The translations under genes and the position numbers were made by a program. DNA of 64,000 nt from positions 16,286 through 80,285 of the forward strand of contig CAZBLK010000004.1 in assembly GCA_964492715.1 (NCBI GenBank). Direction: 5' to 3'. This document shows, in pieces, positions 56,195-64,000 of this stretch. The notes beneath the pieces are model-generated. The model saw only the letters and a list, made by a program, of their open reading frames with translations, was not told the origin of the DNA and searched no databases. How positions within the stretch are numbered: position 1 is the first letter of the stretch; each line of letters begins with the position of its first letter. Source of the stretch: an uncultured Defluviitaleaceae bacterium. Lineage in GTDB: Bacteria > Bacillota > Clostridia > Lachnospirales > WRBF01.

Positions 56195-57109
56195 ATGCGT
56201 TTACTTACAAGGTCAGACTTTGACGGGCTAATTTGCGGTGCTGTTTTAAAGCAAGCAGGTGTCATTGACCACTGGAAGTTTGTCCACCCTAAAGATATTC
56301 AAGACGGCATTATCGAAGTTACAGAAAATGACGTTTTAGCAAACATTCCATACGCAAAAGGCTGTGGCATGTGGTTTGACCACCATTCAAGCGAAGCTGA
56401 AAGAGTAGGGCTTGGAATTGAATTTAAAGGCGAAAGCAGGCTTGCGCCAAGCTGTGCCGGCATTGTGTATGAATATTACGGCGGCAAAGAAACTATGCCT
56501 CAATTTGAAGAAATGATTAAAGCTGTTGACAAGGTAGACTCTGCAAACCTTACAATTGAGGAAGTTTTAAACCCACAAGGTTGGATTTTCCTAGGCTTTA
56601 TTATGGACCCACGCACAGGGCTTGGGCGTTTTAGAAACTTTACAATAAGCAATTTAAGCTTAATGGATTCTTTAATTGAAATTTGCCGCACTACTCCAAT
56701 TGATGAAATTTTAGAACTTCCAAACGTTAAGGAACGTGTAGATGTTTACAACGAGCAGTCCGCTTTGTTTAAGGAAATGCTTCTTAAACATTCAAGGGTT
56801 GACGGAAACGTAATTATTACAGACTTACGTGGCGTTGACGTAATTAACGCAGGCAATCGCTTTATCATTTACAGCTTGTTCCCAGAGCAAAACATTAGCA
56901 TTTGGATAACAGACGGCAAAGGAAAGCTTAACTGCCCAATTGCAGTTGGCTACAGCATTATAAACAGAACGTCAAAAACAGACGTTGGACACCTTCTTTT
57001 AAAACACGGCGGCGGCGGACACAAGCAGGTTGGCACATGCCAAGTAGACTACCCAGAAGTTGACAGAGTAGTTGCCGAGCTTGTAGAGCAAATGAAAATT
57101 GACGGCTAG
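56195..57109 (+). CDS. DHH-superfamily phosphohydrolase-like protein (COG2404-type, often annotated exopolyphosphatase-related)
   Basis: MRLLTRSDFDGLICGAVL...WFDHHSSE...GGGHKQVGTCQ. ATG 56195 behind GAAAGGA is preferred to the track start 56141. Confidence 0.5.
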   Translation: MRLLTRSDFDGLICGAVLKQAGVIDHWKFVHPKDIQDGIIEVTENDVLANIPYAKGCGMWFDHHSSEAERVGLGIEFKGESRLAPSCAGIVYEYYGGKETMPQFEEMIKAVDKVDSANLTIEEVLNPQGWIFLGFIMDPRTGLGRFRNFTISNLSLMDSLIEICRTTPIDEILELPNVKERVDVYNEQSALFKEMLLKHSRVDGNVIITDLRGVDVINAGNRFIIYSLFPEQNISIWITDGKGKLNCPIAVGYSIINRTSKTDVGHLLLKHGGGGHKQVGTCQVDYPEVDRVVAELVEQMKIDG

Positions 57110-57118
57110 ACATTTAAA

Positions 57119-57895
57119 ATGAGTTTAAACATTGGTTCAAAAATTGTTTGGCTTGACGAAGTAGATTCTACGAACGACTACGCAAAGGTAAATTCAAGTA
57201 GGCTTGAAAGCGGAACAGTAATTGTTGCAAAAAAACAAACAAAGGGCAAAGGACGGCTTGGCAGAAGCTGGTCGTCTGATGCCCTTGGAAGTTTGTACAT
57301 GAGTGTCCTTTTAAAGCCGCAGCTAAAAAACATGCCTTCGACTGAAACCATTTCACAACTAACACTTGTTGCAGGACTTGCCGCAGCAAATTCAATTCAC
57401 AATTTAGCAGCACTAGAAGCTTTAATAAAATGGCCAAACGACATTGTTTTTAACGGAAAAAAGCTGTGCGGAATTCTTGTAGAAGCAGTTTATTCTGGTA
57501 GCAATTTGCAATGTATAGTCGTTGGAATAGGTCTGAATGTGAACAATGAAAGCTTTGATGAAGATATTTCAAACAAAGCAACGTCCGTTTTTTTAGAGTG
57601 TAGCAAAAAAATACCCAAAACGCATTTTATTAAAGAAATAAGCAGGCTGCTAAACAACTATTTTTATGCCTATTTTAACGGTAGCGATTTTTCACATTTT
57701 CGAGATGAATACATTTTGCTTTGTGCCACGCTAAATAAAGCCGTGTTAGTAACAGACTACTCTGAAAGTTCATTTGAGTGTTTTGCTTTTGACGTTTCAA
57801 ACAATGGAAGCCTTTTAGTAAAAGACTTATCAGGAAAAGTAAAGGAAGTCGCTTTTGGTGAGGTAAGTGTAAGAGGAATAAATGGTTATGTGTAA
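57119..57895 (+). CDS. birA: Biotin--[acetyl-CoA-carboxylase] ligase (group I, no HTH)
   Basis: GKGRLGRSWSS motif and KWPNDI, with a C-terminal SH3-like tail. Confidence 0.88.
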   Translation: MSLNIGSKIVWLDEVDSTNDYAKVNSSRLESGTVIVAKKQTKGKGRLGRSWSSDALGSLYMSVLLKPQLKNMPSTETISQLTLVAGLAAANSIHNLAALEALIKWPNDIVFNGKKLCGILVEAVYSGSNLQCIVVGIGLNVNNESFDEDISNKATSVFLECSKKIPKTHFIKEISRLLNNYFYAYFNGSDFSHFRDEYILLCATLNKAVLVTDYSESSFECFAFDVSNNGSLLVKDLSGKVKEVAFGEVSVRGINGYV

Positions 57896-57982
57896 AAGAG
57901 CGTAGATTAAACGCTCTTTAAATAACTTTTTATTGCGAAAAATGTCGTTTTTTATTTATAAAAATATAAAGAGGTGTTGTAA

Positions 57983-60900
57983 ATGACAAACAAATTTACT
58001 ACTGCTTTGTTGGCTTTTGCTTTTACTCTACTTTTCACATCGTTGTTTACAGCACCAGTGAAAGCTTACGGCACAAACATTGTTGCACGCACAAGTATAC
58101 TAAACCTTTCCGAAAACCCCACAGAGGACAAGCTTTCAACTCAAGGTTGGAAATGGGATTCTAGCACAAGCACATTGTTTTTAAACGGGGCTAACATAAA
58201 CGTTTCCCAAACTAACGAATATTACACAGCAGTTCTTCTTCCTAAAAACTCCACAATAATTATTAACGGCGAAAATTTTATTACATACGGCACAGACAAA
58301 TACTCTTACGCAATTTACTGCCAAGGTGACGGCGACCTTACAATAAAAGGTAGCGGCTCTCTTACAGCAACATCTGGAGAACTTACTTATTCATTTACAG
58401 AAACTATGTCGGCAGGCATTTATGTAAACGGCAATTTGCACATAAAAAGCGGAACAATAAATGCAGTAGGTGGAGATGCTTCAAACGGATATGTTAGCTG
58501 TGGAATTTTTTCTAAATCATTATATGTTTCGGGTGGCTCGCTTACTTCAACTAGCGGTAACTTTGACGAAAGCAGTGGCGGCGGAAGTTTTGGAATTTGC
58601 CTTGATGAACACGCAAAACCAATTTTTTCAGGCGGAACAACAAAAGTAACTGCTTTTTCGGACGAAGCAAATAATATATATGGTCGTGCCTTTAAATTTG
58701 AACTTGAAGATATAGAAAACAACTTTCAAAGCAATTTTCAAAATGACGTTGGCTTAACCGAAAACACTTTTCCTTATTTTTACTTGTTTGAGGCAACAAC
58801 AGGCAAAACTAAATATACCGCAACATTTCATAAAAACGACGGTTCTTTAGATTTTACAACACAAACATTTTTACATGCCCAACCCGAACCTCTAAATGCA
58901 AACACCTTTGCATTGTCTGGCTATTCATTCAGTGGTTGGTCAACAGACCCCAACGGTTTAGACACACCTTATTCAGGTGGACAAACTGTTTCTTTAACTG
59001 GAAACTTAGACTTCTACGCACAGTGGGAAGCTTCCATCAACAAATCAGCAGTAATTAGCGGAAGCCCAAGCTTAACTGCTCTAACAGAAGGCACAACAAG
59101 CTTTACACTTTCAACATCAAACGTTCTAACTGGCACAACTTTTAAAGTTACAGGTTTACCAACTGGCGTAACACAAGTTACAGCAGAAACAAGCGGCGAC
59201 AATACAAAAGTGATTTTGGCAGCTTCGTCGGCAACACCGTTTGTTAAAAACTCAGAACTTGGTGTAGTGTTTAGCGATGATAATATTGTAACTACTGGCA
59301 CAGTAAACTTAACAATGACTAAAAAACAATCAGAGCCTTTTCAAGTAGTAACAAGCAACGGAACGTTTAACGAAATTTACATAATTTGTGAAGGTTTTGG
59401 CAAGCTTACCGAAGCAAACTTTAACATAACCTTCAATGGTGAACCAGTTAATATATCATCTGTTTCGGCATATACAGGCGAGCGTTATATTTTAACAACA
59501 GAACCCCTTGATGGTGACAACAATAAAAAGCTTTCTGTTAAAATGCAAGGCGAATTAACAAATTACTTACCGTATGAAGAAACTGTAACAATTACCCCAA
59601 CAGCAATTGAAACAGTAAATGCAGAAACCCCTGTTTTATTATACAATTACGACATAACAACATTTAATTATTTTACTGGCGAAGAAGCAATAGAACTAAA
59701 TGCTCTGTCAGAAGTTTCTGACGGCGGACAATTAACATACCAATGGTACGTTAATGATGTAAACATAAGCATAGGCGGTTTACCAATTGAAGAAAATGGT
59801 ACATGTGCATCATACACCCCAAGCACTAATGCTTCAGGCACAGCATACTATTACTGTGTCGTCACAAACACAAACGAAGAAGTAACGGGGCTTAAAACAG
59901 CATCTGTAAAAACAGTTGTGTTTACAGTAAACGTAGCAGACGAAGCAAACACATTTCTGTTAAATTTTGAAGCCAACGAAGGAACAGGGACAATGTCTCC
60001 GCAACAATTTACTGCTGGAATTAGCCAACCAATTTGGCAAAACAGCTTTACAAGAAGCCGCTACCGCTTTGAGAGTTGGAACACTGCTGTCGATGGCAGC
60101 GGAACACGCTACTCAGATTGCCAAAGCATAACGTTGTATAGCAATTTAACTTTATATGCACAGTGGGTAATTCACTCGCCTAGCAGTGCGCCAAGTAATT
60201 CTAACAGTATTATAACTTATAGTAATGCAAAAATCAATACCTTAAATGAAAATATTTCTGTTGAAGACACAATAAAAAACGCAGAAATTGGAACAACTGT
60301 AAATGTTTTTTTAAACACAGAAACGTCAGTACCAAAAAGTGTTTTTGAAGCCGCAAAAGACAAAAACATAAACGTGGTCTTAAACTTTAAAAACTACAGT
60401 TGGGCTTTTAACGGCACGTCTGTTAAACTTCTAAACAACAGCTTAAATGAATATAACCTAGCGGTTAATACCATTAAAAGCACGCAAATTTCCAACCTTT
60501 CAGAAGGAAAAGAAGTTTTACAGCTTAATTTAGCACACAACGGAGCTTTACCATTTAAAGGAGTTTTAACATACCCAGTTAACAATAAGCTTAACAGTAA
60601 AACGCTATACCTTTCATATTTTAACCCAGTTACAAACAGGCTTGAATACAGTGGTATAGGCACTGTTGAAAAAGGAAATGTCAAGCTTGAATTTAGTCAC
60701 GCCTCTCAATATATTTTAAGCGAAACCGTTTTGTCTGGCACTTTTGTAAACAAGGAATTTGTAGGTGCAGATAATGACATATACACCTACGTTCCGTACT
60801 TTACAGACGCACAGAGTGGAGACAATTCGCTTGTAAAACAAAGCACTGTAAATGAAAAAAGTGTTTCATTTGTTATGCAAGATGATGGTTACTTTTACTT

Positions 60901-61465
60901 TAAAAATAACAAAAAGAACTTTAAAGACACAAGCACACATTGGGCAAAAAATGCAATTAGCTACATCACTTCAAGAGAAATTTTTTATGGAACAGGTGAT
61001 GAAATTTTTGACCCAAACAAAGAAATGACAAGGGCGATGTTTGTTACTGTTTCAGCAAAGCTTGATAATGCTTTGATAGATAACTACACCGTTCCCCCTT
61101 TTGAAGACTTCTCTGTAGAAACGTGGTATGGAAAGTACGTTGCTTGGGCATACGATACAGGCTTGCTTGGCTTTATTGAAAGCAAAACGTTCGAGCCCAA
61201 CAAGCCAATTACAAGGGAAGAAGCTGCATATATCCTAGACGTTTACATAAGCAAAATGGAAACTAAACCTTCATACAGCTATAACGTCCCTTACTTTGCA
61301 GACATTAGCGGCACAAGTGAATTTGCCCAAAATTCAGTTATGAACATGCGAAGATACGGAATTTTCAGCGGTATCGGTGACAATTTATTTTTGCCCAAGG
61401 AAAACATTAGCAGGGCAAGCGCAGCACAAATTTTAATGAACTTTATTTGCGCTTCTGTAAAGTAG
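57983..61465 (+). CDS. Large S-layer-homology (SLH) anchored cell-surface protein
   Basis: Signal peptide ending PVKAYG. Two Listeria-Bacteroides-type repeats (YTATFHKNDG...GYSFSGWSTDPNG...FYAQW and FLLNFEANEGTG...RYRFESWNT...LYAQW). Three C-terminal SLH modules (FKDTSTHWAKNAISY, FEDFSVETWYGKYVAWAY and FADISGTSEFAQNSVMNM). Confidence 0.85.
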   Translation: MTNKFTTALLAFAFTLLFTSLFTAPVKAYGTNIVARTSILNLSENPTEDKLSTQGWKWDSSTSTLFLNGANINVSQTNEYYTAVLLPKNSTIIINGENFITYGTDKYSYAIYCQGDGDLTIKGSGSLTATSGELTYSFTETMSAGIYVNGNLHIKSGTINAVGGDASNGYVSCGIFSKSLYVSGGSLTSTSGNFDESSGGGSFGICLDEHAKPIFSGGTTKVTAFSDEANNIYGRAFKFELEDIENNFQSNFQNDVGLTENTFPYFYLFEATTGKTKYTATFHKNDGSLDFTTQTFLHAQPEPLNANTFALSGYSFSGWSTDPNGLDTPYSGGQTVSLTGNLDFYAQWEASINKSAVISGSPSLTALTEGTTSFTLSTSNVLTGTTFKVTGLPTGVTQVTAETSGDNTKVILAASSATPFVKNSELGVVFSDDNIVTTGTVNLTMTKKQSEPFQVVTSNGTFNEIYIICEGFGKLTEANFNITFNGEPVNISSVSAYTGERYILTTEPLDGDNNKKLSVKMQGELTNYLPYEETVTITPTAIETVNAETPVLLYNYDITTFNYFTGEEAIELNALSEVSDGGQLTYQWYVNDVNISIGGLPIEENGTCASYTPSTNASGTAYYYCVVTNTNEEVTGLKTASVKTVVFTVNVADEANTFLLNFEANEGTGTMSPQQFTAGISQPIWQNSFTRSRYRFESWNTAVDGSGTRYSDCQSITLYSNLTLYAQWVIHSPSSAPSNSNSIITYSNAKINTLNENISVEDTIKNAEIGTTVNVFLNTETSVPKSVFEAAKDKNINVVLNFKNYSWAFNGTSVKLLNNSLNEYNLAVNTIKSTQISNLSEGKEVLQLNLAHNGALPFKGVLTYPVNNKLNSKTLYLSYFNPVTNRLEYSGIGTVEKGNVKLEFSHASQYILSETVLSGTFVNKEFVGADNDIYTYVPYFTDAQSGDNSLVKQSTVNEKSVSFVMQDDGYFYFKNNKKNFKDTSTHWAKNAISYITSREIFYGTGDEIFDPNKEMTRAMFVTVSAKLDNALIDNYTVPPFEDFSVETWYGKYVAWAYDTGLLGFIESKTFEPNKPITREEAAYILDVYISKMETKPSYSYNVPYFADISGTSEFAQNSVMNMRRYGIFSGIGDNLFLPKENISRASAAQILMNFICASVK

Positions 61466-61475
61466 CTTGCAAAAA

Positions 61476-61518
61476 GCAGAGTATTCCCCTATTAAAAGGA
61501 ATACTCTGCTCTGTTTTT
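61476..61518. terminator. Bidirectional intrinsic terminator between convergent genes
   Basis: Perfect 12-bp stem gcagagtattcc / ggaatactctgc flanked by A-run and T-run. Confidence 0.85.
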
Positions 61519-61524
61519 AAACAA

Positions 61525-63003
61525 TTAGGCGTTTGGCTTCCCTCTGCCAATATCGTTAAAAACTGGAATTGCTATATAGTGTGCTGAAATATTTTCAAAC
61601 ATACTAAGAAGCGTATTATCAAGCCCCAGCATTTTACAAATGTTAAGGGCATCTTTTGGCGGCATAGCGTTATTGTCAACACGCTCCAACCTATAATCCA
61701 TTGCTTTTGCAATTGCGTGAAGTGGGCTTTCCGTGTGCACCACAAGGTTTGCGGAAGAATTTTTAAGCCCCACAACTTGATACCGTGAAATATCTATGTC
61801 AAACGCAACATCAAAATGAGTAGTTATAACAGTTACAGACTTCATGCTGTTAAAAAACTTAGCAGCGGCAAGCACAAGAGCCGCCCCTTCCCTTGGGTTT
61901 GTGCCCCCTGCCAATTCGTCAATTGCAACAAAACAGCTTTTTTCTTGCACCGCTTTTATAACGGAGTTAAGCGCCATTACTTGCCCACCAAACTCGGAAA
62001 GCCCACTTTTAGCAGCCGAATTGTCACCGCTTATTAAAAAAGCTTCTTCTACAAATGGAAGCTGTGCCTTTTGACAAAAAACGTAAAAACCCAGCTTAAA
62101 CAAAGCAATGTTCAGGAAAAGTGTTTGAAGCACAACGCTTTTGCCACCCATGTTTGCACCTGTTATAACAGTAACTCCACCTTTAAGCTCGACACAAACA
62201 GGAACAAACTTTCTGCCATCTTTAGTTAAAATGGAATCAATATGTGGGTTTGTCATTTCAGACACCATGAGTCCACCATTTTCAGAAAACTCTGGTCTTA
62301 CGCAATTAAAAGAAATTGCAAGCAGTGCTTTTTGAAAAAGCAAGTCAATTCTAGCAAGCTTTTCAATTACCTCAATCATTTCTGAAAAATATCGTTTCAA
62401 TGACAAAGTAATATGCTTTCTTGCATATAGTTCTTCTTCTTCCTCTTTTGCCGCAAGCGACAACCATTCCATGTTTTCAGCCGCACAAAACCCTTGTGCA
62501 TTTTCTATTGCATTTTTTCTAGCACGAATGTCTGTAAGTGCAGAGTTAAAATCGGCACTAATGTAAAAGCTCATACCACGTTCTTTTGTCGGGTCAACAA
62601 TATTAAGCGGTTCTGTAAGCGGCACAAGCTTAATTTCTGCCAAGCTATATTCACTCTCCAGCCTGTACCAAACCTCAAGTAGCTGCTCATAAATTACTAA
62701 AAACACTTTAATTTCAAACAGTTCAACCTCAGAAAGCGTCCTGCCGTGCGATAAGCTTCCATGTATATCTTTAAAGTGCTGCATTAAAACAAAAATTTCG
62801 TCAACACTTTTTTTCTGCTCGTTGCAAATTAAAACAAATTGTGAAAGGAGGTGCAGCTCCTTTGACAAAAGCTCCTCGTTAGAAAAAGGCAAAATTCCAC
62901 GCAAAAAATTGTACCCAAACGGAGTTATAGGCTTAACCATTTCAAGCACAAACCTAACACCTTCAAGCGTATGAATGTTTCTAAGGCTTACCACTTCAAA
63001 CAT
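61525..63003 (-). CDS. MutS-domain-V ATPase family protein (no mismatch-binding or Smr domain evident)
   Basis: 492 aa with Walker A GANMGGKSVVLQT and DELAGGTNPREG (Walker B region), typical of the MutS ATPase core. Confidence 0.75.
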   Translation of the reverse strand: MFEVVSLRNIHTLEGVRFVLEMVKPITPFGYNFLRGILPFSNEELLSKELHLLSQFVLICNEQKKSVDEIFVLMQHFKDIHGSLSHGRTLSEVELFEIKVFLVIYEQLLEVWYRLESEYSLAEIKLVPLTEPLNIVDPTKERGMSFYISADFNSALTDIRARKNAIENAQGFCAAENMEWLSLAAKEEEEELYARKHITLSLKRYFSEMIEVIEKLARIDLLFQKALLAISFNCVRPEFSENGGLMVSEMTNPHIDSILTKDGRKFVPVCVELKGGVTVITGANMGGKSVVLQTLFLNIALFKLGFYVFCQKAQLPFVEEAFLISGDNSAAKSGLSEFGGQVMALNSVIKAVQEKSCFVAIDELAGGTNPREGAALVLAAAKFFNSMKSVTVITTHFDVAFDIDISRYQVVGLKNSSANLVVHTESPLHAIAKAMDYRLERVDNNAMPPKDALNICKMLGLDNTLLSMFENISAHYIAIPVFNDIGRGKPNA

Positions 63004-63009
63004 TCCTTT

Positions 63010-64000
63010 CTAATCAAAAATATTAAAAACAGGGCAACCTACAGCTTGCGACATCATTTCCAAAAACATATTTTTGTCATAGCTAAAGCCGTATGCCGAA
63101 ACAGGGTTAATGCACACAGCCGCAATTTTGCACGAGTTTTGAACTTGAAGCATTAAGCCCCTGTTTAAAAGCCTTGCATAAAGCTGTTGGCTAACAAAAA
63201 TTTTGCTGGGGTCGTCTACAACAAGCCGTGTGTTTGAAAGTGATTTTCCCAGGTTTGCAAGCAAAACATTGCAAAGCTCGTCCGTAACAGCACCGTTTAC
63301 AGAAATATAATCAATTTGTTTAAGAGACGAATAATCAAAGCATTGTTCAAGCCCTCTTGGGATATTTATTAAAGTTTCGCCATCTGAAATTAACATGCGA
63401 AAATCTTCACGGCAACGCACAACTCCCTCGCATTTATCAAGTGAAAACAGCTTGTAAGTATAAGCGGTGTCCGCTACAGTTTTGTCAATGCTTTTGTGGT
63501 AAGAAGCACCAGAGCACAAAATAGCCGCCTGTGTAATTGTTGGCGAAACTATGCTTTTTCTAGCCGCCGCACCGTCCAAAATTATTTTTTCTGCACCTAG
63601 CTTTTCAAAAACTCCAAATACATCTAAAATTTGCGTGCTAATAGAAGCACCTGCAAGGTGAACCAGCCCGTCGCTTAGTGCCCTTGCCAAAACAACTTGC
63701 CCTAGTGGCGTTTGTATTCCTGTTGTAAAAACAATTTCCCTTGTAACGTGACAAAAAGCCAAAAGGCTTGCGGCTGTTGCAAAAAGCGTACCCCTTTTTA
63801 CATAAATGTACGGCTTTTTTGTTCCAGTAACTACGTCAGTGCTTTCTCCGTCACGCCCAATTGACGTTACAGCCACTAAAACTTTTTCGTCACTAAGGCT
63901 ATGTAAAATGTTGTTCAACACCGTTGTTTTTCCAGCATTTTTACAAGTTCCTGTTATAGTTAACGTATAAAAATCTTTAACACAATTATAAAGAGCTTTG
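63010..64000 (-). CDS. P-loop protein, N-terminus beyond the window (partner of the MutS-like ATPase)
   Basis: The reading frame stays open upstream of the track start: ...KALYNCVKDFYTLTITGTCKNAGKTTVLNNILHSL gives a GxxxxGKT P-loop at about 63925-63950. The stop is 7 nt before the downstream start. Confidence 0.6.
   Translation of the reverse strand, partial: KALYNCVKDFYTLTITGTCKNAGKTTVLNNILHSLSDEKVLVAVTSIGRDGESTDVVTGTKKPYIYVKRGTLFATAASLLAFCHVTREIVFTTGIQTPLGQVVLARALSDGLVHLAGASISTQILDVFGVFEKLGAEKIILDGAAARKSIVSPTITQAAILCSGASYHKSIDKTVADTAYTYKLFSLDKCEGVVRCREDFRMLISDGETLINIPRGLEQCFDYSSLKQIDYISVNGAVTDELCNVLLANLGKSLSNTRLVVDDPSKIFVSQQLYARLLNRGLMLQVQNSCKIAAVCINPVSAYGFSYDKNMFLEMMSQAVGCPVFNIFD

Overview
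This is a 64-kb chromosomal window from a low-GC, flagellated, S-layer-bearing Firmicute with Clostridia-type gene order. I can support about 56 protein-coding genes, one tRNA-Val, one SAM-I riboswitch, two pseudogene fragments, several promoters and terminators, and two families of intergenic repeats. Most content is housekeeping: M32 carboxypeptidase, uvrA, dcd, fliC, metK, mreB/mbl plus flagellar rod genes, aldehyde:ferredoxin oxidoreductase plus MoaD-like, rny, tig-clpP-clpX, efp, yqeG-aroE-comFB-aroK-aroQ, addA, yajC, a complete pyrB-I-C-F-K-D-E operon, birA, and a 1160-aa SLH surface protein. The stand-out is a tightly coupled five-gene operon at about 9.56-19.09 kb. It encodes an exported, membrane-anchored VWA/MIDAS protein and a 1126-aa protein carrying both FtsZ/tubulin glycine loops (GLGGTG and GGTGSG). 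It also encodes a 647-aa possible degenerate paralog, a 211-aa protein, and a split zinc-ribbon GTPase with G1-G5 motifs. A coiled-coil two-TM protein lies just upstream. I do not recognise this combination as any characterised system, and it is my top candidate for a novel membrane-coupled cytomotive or NTP-dependent conflict module. Secondary observations are a GC-rich nested-hairpin repeat family (four copies, two of them between the SAM riboswitch and metK) and two ~165-bp MITE-like palindromic elements. There is also a small accessory islet at 46.8-49.9 kb with a toxin-like remnant, an immunity-like ORF, a MerR regulator and a decayed ISAs1 transposase bounded by 20-bp direct repeats. The pyr leader looks like leader-peptide attenuation rather than PyrR control, and the fliC leader has a sigma-28 promoter and CsrA-type sites. 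All functional calls rest on motif recognition by eye; no database search was possible.
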